Shown here piece after piece: positions 1-13,249 of a stretch of DNA of 64,000 nucleotides; within the stretch, counting starts at the first letter, position 1; every line of letters starts with the position of its first letter. Origin of the DNA: Octopus sinensis. Lineage: Eukaryota. Under the pieces are notes generated by a model. That model saw nothing but the letters and a program-made list of their open reading frames with translations. It searched no databases and was not told where the DNA came from. A program made the position numbers and the translations under genes. Location of the stretch: assembly GCF_006345805.1 (NCBI RefSeq), contig NC_043004.1:70680001-70744000 (forward strand). The letters are read 5' to 3'.

Positions 1-400
1 ATGATGATTTGTGCTGGACATCAGAATGCCAACACCAGGACAGCTGCTCAATGTTCTGTGGACATTGTAAAGACTGAAAGATGTAATATCCTTTCTACCA
101 TAGGCACAAGGCCTGAAATTTGGAGGGGAGGGGCATAGTCGATTACATCGACCATAGTACGCAACTGGTACTTGATTTATCGATCACGAAGGATGAAAGG
201 CAGAGTCGACCTTGGTGGAATTTGTACACAGAATGTAGTGACAGGTGAAATACTGCTAAGCCTTTCATCCGGTGTGTTAACGATTCTGCCAGTTCGCCAC
301 CTTACTGTGACAACTGCAACAGAGACTATGATGCTGTGGCCAGAAGGAAGGGACACACCAGGCATTCTGAGGGCATCCTCATGCTGAAATTCATCCCCAA

Positions 401-624
401 CCCTTTAGTGTTTAAACCAGCCATATCCGGCCAAAATATTCTACCTATTTTATGTTCAAACTAGTCAGATATGGTCATTCATAGCTACCCTATTGTGTCA
501 TTTTAAAAATAAACAATCACATCATTGAAATCTCAAAGCCATGAAATGATGCAAGATTAATTTTACATGGTGTGAATACATAAGCTTTACATTTTACAGA
601 ATAATCTGAATGCTAAAGGGTTAA
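401..624. mobile_element. piggyBac-like MITE (CCCTTTAG...CTAAAGGG, TTAA); related copies near 18683-18894, 39717-40310, 52910-53465 and 60307-60522
   Basis: Terminal inverted CCCTTTAG/CTAAAGGG followed by TTAA; the same internal sequence recurs at the other loci. Confidence 0.6.
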
Positions 625-931
625 ACAGGGCCTCGGGTTCAGTTCAGACAGCTATGTGAAATTATTGAAGACTGTGGTCAAACATTGGCTGGAGAGGGTT
701 GTTGCTGGACGGCCATATGTGTGGCAGCAGGATTCAGCTCCTTGCCATACTTCCAGAAAGAGTCAGAAGTGGTTGTTGAAAAATTTCTATGGTATCACCA
801 GCCCCAATTTCTGACTTCCTAATTACCCCCATTGCAACCCCACGGATTACTATGAGTGGGACAAGGTTGAGAAAAAGACCAACCATTCTGCTTGCAACAC
901 TAAGGCTAAGCAGATGGCCAAGATCAAGGAG

Positions 932-1117
932 CATGTCTGCTAAGGTCACTGTCATCAATTCTCTGCAAGGAAACTTCATCATCAATTTACCATTTTTCTC
1001 TCAATAAAGTAGTTTTTAATTATTAATGGTGAGATACTAAAACTTTCTTCACAGTCGACTTTCCTCACGGTAAACTTTTTACATGGTAAATTGATGGCAG
1101 TAAATTTACCTGTAATC
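932..1117. mobile_element. Short insertion with 9-bp target-site duplication ATCAAGGAG and an internal inverted repeat
   Basis: ATCAAGGAG at 923-931 and 1118-1126; CATCAATTTACCAT (980-993) is the reverse complement of 1083-1096. Confidence 0.65.
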
Positions 1118-1228
1118 ATCAAGGAGATGTTTAAAGATCTTCCCAGGGACACAGTGAGAAACACATGTGCCAGATTCCAGTGCCATTTTGAGGTCGTGGT
1201 GGAAGCTGAGGGTGGCTACTTTGAGTAA

Positions 1229-1600
1229 GGAGTTGCTGTGTGGTAAGTAGCTTGCTTACCAACCACATGGTTCCGGTTTCAGTCCCACTGCATGGCACCT
1301 TGGGCAAGTGTCTTCTACTATAGCCTCAGGCCGACGAAAGCCTTGTGAGTGGATTTGGTAGATGGAAACTGATAGAAGCCCATCGTATATATGTATATGT
1401 GTGTGTTTGTCCCCCAACATTGCTTGACAACCAGTGCTGGTGTGTTTACGTCCCCGTCTCTTAGCAGTTCAGCAAGAGAGACCAATAGAATAAGTACTAG
1501 GCTTACAAAGAATAAGTCCTGGGGTCGATTTGCTCGACTAAAGGTGGTGCTCCAGCATGGCCACAGTCAAATGACTGAAACAAATAAAAGAATAAAAGAA
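1229..1600 (+). mobile_element. tRNA-derived SINE family A (about 400 bp, internal (TA)n/(TG)n, tail GAAACAAGTAAAAGAG); other copies near 6025-6465(-), 8417-8553(+), 18226-18622(-), 21231-21636(-), 30650-31087(-), 50322-50734(-), 53746-54146(-), 58186-58592(+)
   Basis: A-box-like TGGCTGTGTGG and B-box-like GGTTCAGTCCC in the head; CORE-like GGCACCTTGGGCAAGT; more than 10 similar copies in both orientations. Confidence 0.85.
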
Positions 1601-1895
1601 TCTACCAGTCATAGTCTAGTTGATTTTTTGAATTTTTAAAAATACTTTTCCTTTTGGATGGAATATTGTCTTTTCTTTTCCTTTGAGGCAAGCAGTCAAA
1701 TTTAACCCAAACACCCTGTATCTTGACAATTTGGCACAGTTTTGAGCATGAGGTTAAAGGGCTTATTTCCCAACCATCTGGTCTTGGGTTGAGTTTCACT
1801 ATGTGGCATCTTATGCAACTGTCTTCTGCTATAGAACTGGGCAGACCAAAGATTTGTGAAAGGATTTGGTTGACAAAAATTGAAAGAAGCCTGTC

Positions 1896-1926
<31 letters not shown>

Positions 1927-2789
1927 TGTCGCCAACATCACTTGACAACAAGAGTTGCTTTGTTTATATCCCCATAACATAGCAGTTCAACAAAAGCAGT
2001 TCAATAAAATAAGTACCACACTTTAACAAAACATAAATACTGGAGTTGATTTATTCTATTAAAACCCTTCATGATGGTGTCCAGTATGGCTGCAGTCCAA
2101 TGACTGAAACATGAATACGATAAAAAGATTTAACAAAATATATCTTTTAGGGTTAGAAATTAGAAACTGAATGAAGTAAATTACGATAATAATAATTTTT
2201 TTTTTAATTTAAAAAAATAAAAAAACAGGGAAGTTCAGCACTTAAATGAAATAATTTTGTAAAAAAATACAATTCCATTTTATTTTATTTTGCAAACTTT
2301 TATTTACTCTTAAAAACTATTTGAAATATCTTGACAAATATATCAGACCTGGGTAGAAGGATCAGTTTTAGAGAGAGAAAAAAAGCAAAGGGCGAAAGAG
2401 AGACAAAAATCAAAGTGAAAGAGTTATTTGGTAATTCAACAAAGTATCTTTTTGTATTATTATTTCCAGGTTCAAACCTTAGAACATCTTTTAGTATTTA
2501 TTTTTACCATTTTTCCCTGATGTTCAACTGAGAAAAACAAATAGATGTGTGTATATTCATGTCCGCCAGTCTCAGCCATTTTGTTATTTGTTTTAGTCAT
2601 ACGAAACTGTTATAACAAGCAAGTGGACATTGTCGATTTGCCTGAAATGAATAAGGAGTCGAATGTCGATTCTTGTTGTTCAACATTTGCAAAGCAATGC
2701 AAATATTTACACCTGTTGACAGGTGTATACATGTCATAGGTAGCAAGCATTGTGGGGACATGAACAAGCAAGCTTAGACATGCTCAGAG

Positions 2790-2832
2790 ATGTGCATAGA
2801 TGTATATATATATGTATGTGTGCGTGTGTGTG

Positions 2833-2864
<32 letters not shown>

Positions 2865-3150
2865 TGTATGTATGTATGTGCGTATGTATGTATGTATGTA
2901 TGTATGTGTGTGTATGAATGTATGTATGTGTGTGTGTATGTATGTATGTATGTATGTGTGCATGTGTGTGTATGTATGTATGCATGTATGTACAAATAAG
3001 TATATGTATGTGTTTGTAGGTGTATATATATAATGTAGATATACATGTGTGTATATATGTATATATAAAAATGCATCATATATATTTATATGTAAAAACA
3101 ATATATATATATATACACACATATATACACAGAACCAATATACATACACA
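2790..3150 (+). repeat. Compound (TATG)n/(TG)n/(TA)n microsatellite
   Basis: Direct reading; source of the HTYI/MYVC ORFs. Confidence 0.95.
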
Positions 3151-4899
3151 CACATCTTATACATTGATGGCAATTTCTGTATGTTGATCTGTCTGTTACC
3201 ATCTTGCTGCCTACACCAGTGAACCAATCTTGACGAAACTTTGCATACATGTTAAACTAACATCCAGTTCTATTACAGGCTAATTAGATTTCAGTAGAAA
3301 TCTATAATGGGCCTCCTAGGTGGGGTTGGACTATCATTTGATAAAATGAGAAGGGTGCAAGAGTGTTAGTGTCAGAGAAATGTGAGTGTGACTGATATCA
3401 GGGAAGGGGAGAACAGCTTTGTGTAAGCAACAAATATGGAGTGGCAATGGGATGGTAACGTTAATACAGATATCATTCAGGGATATACAAGTGATGCTGC
3501 ATACATACTTTTGTAAAGATATAGATACACGCATACACACACACATACATATATATTTCTTTACTACCCACAAGGGGCTAAACACAGACGGGACAAATAA
3601 GGACAGACAAACGGATTAAGTCGATTACATCGACCCCAGTGAACTGGTACTTAATTTATCGACCCCGAAAGGATGAAAGGCAAAGTCGACCTCGGCGGAA
3701 TTTGAACTCAGAACGTAGCGGCAGACAAAATACCGCTAAGCATTTCGCCCGGCATGCTAACGTTTCTACTATACACCATTTTAAACTCATGATTACCTGT
3801 GTGTATGTTTGTGAATGTGTGTGTGGGGGGGATGTCCTATAACTGTCTGTCTCTCTACTTTTGTAGGGTCTTCCCTGTTGCTGTTACATACTGTAAAATT
3901 TTAAAATTACGTCAAAATTTTCAAATTTGGTATATTGAAATAATTTTTCTCATTAAATCCGATTTTGCTACTTATTTGTTCCAGAAAAATATCAGAAAAA
4001 TGTTATGTAAGCATTACGTCTGATAGCGTAATGTGAATGCTTAAGGGTTAAAGAAAAGAGGATGGGAGTGGAAAGAGATAAAAAAATGAGTAGTGAAGTG
4101 TTACAGTGGAGCTTTGAGATACAAGGTAAGTAGAATTGAGCAGGGAACAGGAGAACTGGGTGTGTTGGTGGGTAGAGATTGCATGAGTGTTTGAGAAAGT
4201 GAGAGATGGTTAGAGGTGAGGAATGGGTGAGAGGTGAAGATTATTATGAAGAACAGGTGTTGAGAAGTGATAGGTAAGGAAGAGGGAAGAATAGGTGACA
4301 ACTCTAGAAACTGGGCTGAAGGATTTGAGGTGAGACCTGTAATACATGAACTGGGGGAAAGTAGAGGAGAGAGAGATACACAAATATATATACAAATACA
4401 CACATACACATACTTACACACACACTTATATATTGTCTGTCAAAAACAAATCTGAAAGAAGAAGCACATTCTAAGATGTAGAGAAGTCATCATCATCATT
4501 GTTTAATGTCTGTTTTCCATGCTGGCATGGGTTGGACGGTTCAACTGGGGTATGTGAAGCCGGAAGGCTGCACCAGGCCCCAATCTGATCTGGCAGTGTT
4601 TCTACAGCTGGATGCCTTTCCTAATGCCAACCACTTTGAGAGTGGTTTGATATTGATAACACTGGTGGTGTGGAGAGAGGAGGCCAGTATGCATGGACGA
4701 CTGCTGGTCTTCCATAAACAACTTTGCTCGGACTTGTGTCTGGGAGGGTAACTTTCTAGGTGCAATCCCATGCTCAGTCATGACCGAAGGTGGTCTCAGC
4801 ATGTATGCATATTTATATAATATATGTATATGTGTGTGTGCATTCATGCATACATACATACATAAACAAACACACATTTATATAACTCTTCTACTATAG

Positions 4900-6239
4900 C
4901 TAAGAGAAAAATGGGGCTGAGAACCAAGCTTCGGTGGATACCAGCTCTACACACTAAATTCACATTGAAATCACAGTTAGCTTTCACTCTCCTTAAACAG
5001 CTTATAACACACTCACACCTAGTTTTCAGGAAGTCCACAAGACAATAGGTCATGGTCCTCCATCAAAGACTTTCTCCAGAGCAATAAATGCTAAGTAGAC
5101 ATTTACTCTTAACTAAATATTTCTCTTATAATTGTCTGACTTTGAAAAGAGTATTGGTAGTAATCTGACCCCACTGCATCTCATTTAAGCTGATTCTTTT
5201 CCTAATCAACTATGCTAACTTTCTCTCCTTATTACCTTTATAGCCTGGCCCATCAGCTTTATGTTTCTGTAGTTGCTTTTCTCCAAGGTATCTTTTTCAC
5301 CTTTGCTACAGCTGACAATTATACAACCATGCTAACCATAGAGTATCACAATTATTTTACTAGGTCGATTATGTGAATGACTTCTAGCTTGGACCCTACT
5401 CTGCTAGATATTTTCAGTGGATCACTGTCTACACCTGAAGGATCCTTGTTTTCCCTATCTTATCTTTAGGGGTCATATGGCCATATAGCTAATCTTTCTA
5501 CTGAATATACTTGGGAGTGTTCCACTTCTTTCCATACATTTTCCACAATCATCATCCTCTTCTAATAACACTTCCAAACCTCTTCCTTTCCATCTTTAAG
5601 TGCATTACTGTCATTGCAAACTCTTCCTCAACAATGTCTTGACTCACCTTAATATACTATTTCATAAGTCAGAACACTCACACCACTGATCTTGTCATTG
5701 CAGAACACAAGTAAATCTCCAACTTTCAGCTTTTTTTTTCATGTTAGCTAACTACGCTACATAGTATTTTACTACTCATTTTCTTCTAGTCTTTCTATGA
5801 CTGCTTTTTAGCTTTTATTGCTCAATCTGATGTGGTATTCTATCACTATGTTACTTTACATCTAGCTGATACATTGCTCCAGCCATACGAATGATCTAAA
5901 GCTTTTGCTAGGTTGTGTCATAAGAGCTTTCAATTGTCCTCAATGCTTTTGGTTTCTATCTCCTCGTCCTTTTCATTATGCACTTCATGTAGAACAGCTC
6001 CAGATATATATTTAGTAGGAGGATACTCTCTCTTTACTCTTTTACTTGTTTCAGTCATTTGACTGCGGCCATGCTGGAGCACCGCCTTTAGTCGAGCAAA
6101 TCGACCCCAGGACTTATTCTTTGTAAGCCCAGTACTTATTCTATCGGTCTCTTTTGCCGAACTGCTAAGTGACGGGGACGTAAATACACCAGCATCGGTT
6201 GTCAAGCAATGCTAGGGAGACAAACACACACACACACAT

Positions 6240-6294
<55 letters not shown>

Positions 6295-6900
6295 CATATA
6301 TACGACAGGCTTCTTTCAGTTTCCGTCTACCAAATCCGCTCACAAGGCTTTGGTCGGCCCGAAGCTATAGCAGAAGACACTTGCCCAAGATGCCACACAG
6401 TGGGACTGAACCCGGAACCATGTGGTTGGTTAGCAAGCTGCTTACCACACAGCCACTCCCACGCCTATTGTTGCAGTTTCTACACCTTCTCCAACATTTA
6501 TCCATTTCCCAGTATGTCCAGCTCTCATTCTAAAGCTACTTTATCAGTAGCCAACACTGAGTGTTTCTCCACAGCGGAAGGACCTAATATTTACAGTCAT
6601 TTCTCTATCCCGTTTCTAGGTGAGGATGGAACCTGTCGGGTTTGCACGTTCATCTGATTGAAGAGTGACCATCTGATTGAAGAGTGACCAAGTGGTTGGC
6701 TGGTTTCTTGAAGTTCGTATTCTAGACCATTAATTCATTTTTGTCAAAAAATTCCGGAAGCTTAATTCTTCTTCATTCCTAGATCTATGACTATGGTTGT
6801 CAAGTACTCCTGATTTGCCATCATTGTGCTGCCCAACGTGTCCATTGAAGTCACCAGCCAAGATAATGAACTATCATTTATTATCAAGTTAATTTGCAAC
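4900..6900 (-). mobile_element. Old degenerate LINE (APE endonuclease and RT) relic, interrupted by younger repeats
   Basis: Minus-strand IILAGDFNGHVGQ near 6830-6870 (APE motif); weak RT-like remnants near 5000-5450. Confidence 0.5.
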
Positions 6901-9900
6901 ATTCACAAAAAAGAAATTTGAGTTATCAGTAGAACAGCTGATGGGTGAGATAGTTCATCCCAAGTGATGGTTTTATGAGTCTGACACTTTCAGATCAGCT
7001 GTATAGGCTTGGGAGGGTAGGAGGGGAAGGCAGCAAACTCAAGAGCTACCCCAAACAGAACACTCCCTCCCTATGCTGCTGGTGATGTATTTAACAGAGA
7101 TAATACTTCCCATTGCTTTACCAACAATTAGCCCAAGATTAATTATTCTGTCACAAATTCTGGGTGCTTCAATTATGTTTTCTGTCCATTTCTCTGCCAG
7201 CAGTATCTCTATTTCACCTAAACCAGTATTGTTACCAACTCAGAAGCATTTGTATCTATGCTCTTTGCCTGTGAAGAGTCCGGCTGACTCAGCCCTTGCA
7301 TATCTTATCAATGCTCCTCCACCATCTCTGTAATCTCACCTGATCTGCAGTTCATTTTATGCCAATGTTGATATTTCTGACACCATGTTTCTGGTAATGG
7401 AATCGGTTGATGTTTGAGGTCTGTTTTCTGCAATCATTCGATAATGACCGAGAGGTTCTCATAGAAGGTCAAATGTTTCCATCTAACCAGCTCACTACAT
7501 TTAGAATCAAACATGGATTTGCTAAGATTGAGGCAGACTTCTTAATACAGCCATTCTTGTGACTACCCGATCGAATAACCATAGAGAAGCTCTCAGTACA
7601 AGTAATGGGTTCAAGTGCTGAGTTTAGTTTTTACCTTAAATTACCTGCAATGGATTCATATTTGGATGAGAAAGTTTACCTTACCATTAGCTTATAACCA
7701 CAGTAACGCTTTTCTTCTTAAATTCTTTTTGCATTCCTATATTCCAGTGATATAAACTGTCTGCATGTTTTAATTAATTTTGAAAATAATCAAGAATTAA
7801 ATTGGTGTTTGAAACAAAATGCAAAGTTCTTACATAAAGTTACAAAAGGTTTCTCATTTCAACATGAGCGTTTTAAAAAAAAATTTTGTATCGTGAAACC
7901 AGGAGCGGCTCAGGGTGGACTGGAATCAAAATGGTTCAAACTGTTTCAGCAGGGTGACATCAAAACAGCAAAGCACTAAGATGACGGGGGTGGGGGGTGG
8001 AGAGTAAGAGTTATTCCCCTTTAAATTAGCGAGAAAAATTCAAGGGAAGTAACTGCCATTTCGAGACGAATCTCTCGCAAATATTCGTCCACTCTTTCCC
8101 TCACGGATTTCGAAAATCTTGGAAAAAGGGTAATAAATACTGCTCTTCGTTTTTGCCTGTTCCATAAAAAGGAGGATACGCTTTGTTATAAAATTCCTCA
8201 TCTATTCCAACAATATTATGAAGAGAAAATAATTTATCAATTCATAATTTACTATATAAAAGCAACATATGTGTAAAATAAGAAACTAGGAAACTAGGGT
8301 TCTGTGATAGATCACAAAGGGTAGCGCGAGAAATAGAAATAAATAGACTGATTACATACAAATGCATTTCGGGTCATATGTTTAATTCTATCTTCTTAAT
8401 TCTATTATATATATATAGGCGCAGGAGTGGCTTTGTGGTAAGTAGCTTGCTTACCAACCACATGGTTTCGGGTTCAGTCCCACTGTGTGACACCTTGGGC
8501 AAGTGTCTTCTACTATAGCCTCAGGCCGACCAAAGCCTTGTGAGTGGATCTGACGTGTGTGTGTGTGTGTGCAATAGAAGTGGGATGGTGAACATTCAAC
8601 ACTGAAAACAAAAATCAAAGAGCGTTTCAACTGTGTGTGTGTATGTGTGTGCATGTACAAGGAAATATGTGTATGTTTGTAACAAACAACGATTGATGTC
8701 ACATCTCAAAAGACAATCACTAGATAACATTGACAATTGTATTAATTTGATTTACCATCCATATTTATATATAAAATACTACAATTAACTATCATTTTTG
8801 ATGGCATGGGGCCAGCTAGTATATATAATAATAACCGTTGCATAGGGGTTCCCTGAGGCATGGAATATATTTTGAAGCTCCCCTGAGAGTAAAAAGGTTG
8901 ATAAATGCTGATATAGAGAATAACTTATAATATAGAAAATCAGAAGTCCTTCAGACAAAATGCCTTAAAGCATTTGTTGCAGCTCTTTTTAGCATTCTGA
9001 GTTGAAATGCCAATGAGGTCAATTTTGCCTTCCATCTGTCTGGAGTTGATAAAATAAGTACCCATCCAGGACAATGAATTGTTGGGATTGTTAGCACATT
9101 GACAAAATATTTTGTAGTATTTGCTTCTGGCACACTATGTTCCAAGTTCAAATCCCACTGAGATCAACTGTTTTTCATCATAAAAGAAAGTGCTAGTGCT
9201 GGGCAATGCTCAAAATGCATTTCAAAGCTAGAGACAAATAGATATATAGACAGAGAGTGAATGAATGCAATAATTCCTCATCATTTAACGTCTTCTTTCC
9301 ATACTAGTATTAGTTGGATGGTTTGAGAAGGAGCTGGCTAGCAGGAGCTGTCCAGACTCCAACTGTCTGTTGTGGCATGATTTCTACAGCTTGATGCCCT
9401 TCCTAATGCCAACCACTTCACAGTGTGCTGGGTTCTTTTTACGTGTCACCAGCATGGGTGTGTTAATGCAGCACTGTCACAAGTGCTTTTTAAGTGGCAC
9501 TGGCACCTGGAAGGACAAGCCCGTATATATGTGGAAGACAGCAATTTTACTTAGACCAATAAATCATGTTTGTCTTTCAATAACTGTATGTCACATCAAA
9601 TAATAGCCATAGTTCACTGACTGATGGCTTGGTACTGGCCATCGATAGTTTGTTGACTGATAATCTGCTCAACATCTAGTGATATTCACCATTGACACAG
9701 TAAGTTCATCTACCAAAATAGTTCATATCTGCCATGCTGTATTCCATGATCCCAACACAACCCTGTCTCGGATGGTTAGCAGGGGTTACATTTTTGCCAA
9801 AAGGCCACCAGGGATTTGATCTGGGATTGTTAATTTCCATATTCACAGATGACCTCTCTCTACAGGCTGGGACCCGGACAAGTGCTTGTACTCTACATAA

Positions 9901-10281
9901 GAGTAGACCTAGAAACAAATGGTAGCTACAAGGTTTTATAATAAATAGACAAGCAGATAAATAAATCAAGAGATATAAGCAAATATATAGATATATATAT
10001 AGATATATATATATATTAAATTTTATTTTGCAATTAAGATTATATCTGAATTATATATCTAACACAAACAAAAAAATAAAGCATTAAAAATATTTACTCA
10101 TATTTTTCTGTCCATGTAACAATCAGTTCTTAAAATCCTTAAAAACATTTGCATTTGCACAATCCATGAGAATTTTTCATTTCATTTTCATTTTTTGCTT
10201 TTTTTTCAATTTTAATTATTTTGAGATTGGGAAGCAGGAAGGGGGGGGGGAGCAATAAAGAATTGCAAAAAAGTTAATATT

Positions 10282-10723
10282 ACAAATTTTGTTGCATCTG
10301 GGGACAGTCATTATGCCAATATTATCAACGAATGCACTGATTCAATCCCAATTCTTCATTATTGGTCAACTGGTTAAATATCCACCTAACTAATCAATTG
10401 TTTAACTTCGTTAAACAGTAAGTCATTTGTGCTTTTTTTTCTTTCTTTTTGCCAAAGCTCTTTTGTTTCTACTTGCAACCTTTTCAATGACTTTTGTCTT
10501 CGTCTGTTACGGAGGCTGAGCTGGTCTGCTTGGGACCTTGTCCTGAACATGTGTGTGCATGCAAGTAGCAACGAAAAAGCTTTGACAAACAAATGACTTA
10601 CAATCAATCGATCAGTTAGTTGGATATTTAACTAATTAACTATTGATAAAGGAGCGGAATCAAACCAGTGCATGTGTTAATGATATTGGCATAACGACTC
10701 TCCCCAGATACAACAAAATTTGT
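10282..10723. mobile_element. Fold-back element/MITE with about 130-bp imperfect inverted arms
   Basis: ACAAATTTTGTTGCATCTGGGGACAGTCATTATGCCAATATT... is mirrored by ...TGATATTGGCATAACGACTCTCCCCAGATACAACAAAATTTGT. Confidence 0.7.
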
Positions 10724-11673
10724 TTCAACACACAAATTCACATAAAGAATCTTGCAAACCAGATACAAAAACAAAATTAAAATTACAATTTTACTCTGCA
10801 TTACCAAAACAAGCAAAAGAAAGAGAAAAATATCTTCTTTTACTGGTTTCAGTTACTGGATAGTGGCCATGCTGGAGTACCACCTTCGAAGGTTTTAGTT
10901 GATGACACTGACTCTGGGTATTTTATCTGGTACCTTTCCATCACTTGTTTATTTATTGAATGGATAAGACCACCTCAGCATCAAGGGCCATAACTCACAC
11001 TCAATAAATACCAAAAGATAATCTTGTACAATGCACCAATTTATTGGGAATCTCTCACAGCTATACTCACATGTGTGTATGTGTATGTTTGTGTGTGTAG
11101 GTATGTTTACACACACTAACATACATACATGTCTGTGTGTGTATGTATGTATAGACACTCACATACATACATGTCTGCATGTGTATGTATATATATCTAT
11201 ATAGAGAGTGAGAATTTACAAAAAGAAAACAAAAGACGAAGACGGGAGTGTAAACAACAAACAGATGTATTAGTTTAACGTTCGGGAAGTGAGAAAGTCT
11301 TTTACGTTTCAAGCCTATGCTCTTCAACAGGAAGGAACACAGAAATAAACAGGGAGAGAAAACAGAAAAAGGTAAAGTGGCTAGCGATCTATCATGGCGA
11401 AAACCTGACAGAGTGGTCACAGAAACACACACACACACATATATATATATATACATACATGTGCGTATATATACAGGACAGTAAGAACAAACCAGTAAAA
11501 GAAAATGGTGAGGGCTGTTAAGCCAAGACGATGTGAAGTAATGAATGCTGGAAAAACGAGCTTTGAGAAGACACAGATAAAAGCACATCTTGTCTTTGGG
11601 AAGGAAGTGGAAGAAAGAAAGATGGATGGCCGTTGGTCACGTGTGAGCAACAAGAGAATCAAGGAAGAGTGAG

Positions 11674-11708
<35 letters not shown>

Positions 11709-11971
11709 TGGTGAAGGGGAGAGAAGAATAGGAAAAGGGTGGGAGAGAAAGACAGAAAGGAAGAAGAACAAGAAAGGGAGATATATATATATTCATACAC
11801 ATGCACATTTATGTATATATATACATACATATATGTATTATCATCATCGATGTATATGATGATCATCATCATCCTTAAACATCCGTTTTCCATGATGGCA
11901 TGGGTTGGACGGTTTGACTAGCCAACCCATGCTGGTATGAAAGCAAATGATGATGATGATGATACATGTGT

Positions 11972-12018
<47 letters not shown>

Positions 12019-12320
12019 ACAGGCATCTGCACAGTGTCCATCTACCAAATTTCATTCAGAAGGTATTGGTCTACCTGAAGTAATGAGAAAAAACACACAC
12101 ATGCACACAGACATTTGCTGAAAATGCCACACAGCAAACACACACACACACACTCACACACACATGTACAAACGCTCCAAAAATAAGAAAAATAAAAACG
12201 TTGTTAATGTCAGAATTATGCCTGAACCCACAACAGCACAGAAAAAAATCAAATAATTGACAAGACTTTCGGGGTAACAGGGTTGGGGTTTGAACCTGAC
12301 AATTCAGGATTAGATTAAAA

Positions 12321-12326
12321 TTTATT
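12321..12326 (-). terminator. Candidate polyadenylation signal AATAAA for TTC37
   Basis: AATAAA about 375 nt after the stop codon, with a GT-rich tract further downstream; no transcript evidence. Confidence 0.45.
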
Positions 12327-12700
12327 TATAATTTATGTGTGCATATGCTTGTGTTTATACACGTGTGTGTGTGTATATATGTGTGTGTGTGTGTGTACAT
12401 ACACATATATGTGCACACCCACCCAAACACACACACACACACACACACATACACACTCACACACATACACTCACATATTTAAAAAATACGAAGAGAAATT
12501 TAGTTAATAACAAATTAATCTCTCATTTTTGTGTCATTTTTTGCAGCAGGAAAGTTTTTTTGTTGTTTTGTTTGTTTTTTTGTTCCATTTTGTTGTTTTT
12601 TTACTTCATCTGTTTCCACAGTCTTTTTTTTTGTGGGGGGAGGGATGTTCCAAAGCACAGAATCATTGAGAAGTGAATGTCTTTCAAAGTAAATCCTTCC

Positions 12701-12775
12701 TTATTTGACAGACAATGTCTTAAACACTCCAATAGTACGGGTATCATTGTAAAGATGAGCGTCTGCCAGCAAGCA
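12701..12775 (-). CDS. TTC37: TTC37 terminal coding exon: [24 protein letters not shown]
   Basis: Strong polypyrimidine tract plus tttcag; 24 codons plus TAA at 12701-12703; aligns to the human C-terminus VLVNNAKTHGDTRALEL. Confidence 0.85.
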   Translation of the reverse strand, partial: CLLADAHLYNDTRTIGVFKTLSVK

Positions 12776-13207
12776 CTGAAAATACAGAGAAGAAGAGAAA
12801 AACAGATTAGACATTTTATAAACAAATAACAATTTCTGTGACCACCATCACTCCTAACATCTGTTCACCTAACTCCCCAGACTGCAACCCCTTGATTTTT
12901 ATGTGTGGGGTGCAGTTGGGCGAGAGATCAACAAATCTCAATCTCCTTGTAACACCAAAGATGAACTGAAGGCAAGGATTATGGCAGCATTCACTAACTT
13001 AAACAAGGAGACTGTCCAGAAGATTTGCAGGAGATTCCAAAGTCGTCTGCAGGCCGTGGTTGAAGCCAATGGCGATTTTATAGAATCAATTTACTCTTTA
13101 GTATTTCAAGATATTTTTATGTAATTTTAGTAAATATATCTGTTAAAATGAGATGCCAGTGTTATTTTCATTTCTGCGTGATTTAGATGACAATGTATTA
13201 CCGTACT

Positions 13208-13249
<42 letters not shown>

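Larger units (their letters stand above)
1..1228 (+). mobile_element. Fragmented Tc1/mariner superfamily DD37D (maT-type) transposase relic, split by three nested insertions
   Basis: Positions 627-930 translate to GRPYVWQQDSAPCHTSRKSQKWL...F*LPNYPHCNPTDYY, with 37 residues between the last two catalytic Asp. The C-terminus RFQCHFEVVVEAEGGYFE* is at 1118-1228. Putative N-terminal pieces lie at 1-85 and 304-395. Confidence 0.8.

Noticed and set aside
2526-2700. Possible first exon of a neighbouring minus-strand gene (AAAATGGCTGAGACTGGCGGA)
   Set aside because: Only 17 codons to a stop, no convincing donor and no recognisable homology.
2734-3227. Overlapping HTYI/MYVC-repeat ORFs (similar ones near 11000-12700, 15500-15800, 40300-41700, 43300-43700)
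   Set aside because: Microsatellite translations open in several frames on both strands.
6199-6657. Recurrent ORFs containing [19 protein letters not shown], or [12 protein letters not shown] elsewhere
   Set aside because: They are chance frames of SINE A and of the RTE 3' UTR, repeated wherever those elements occur; not a gene family.
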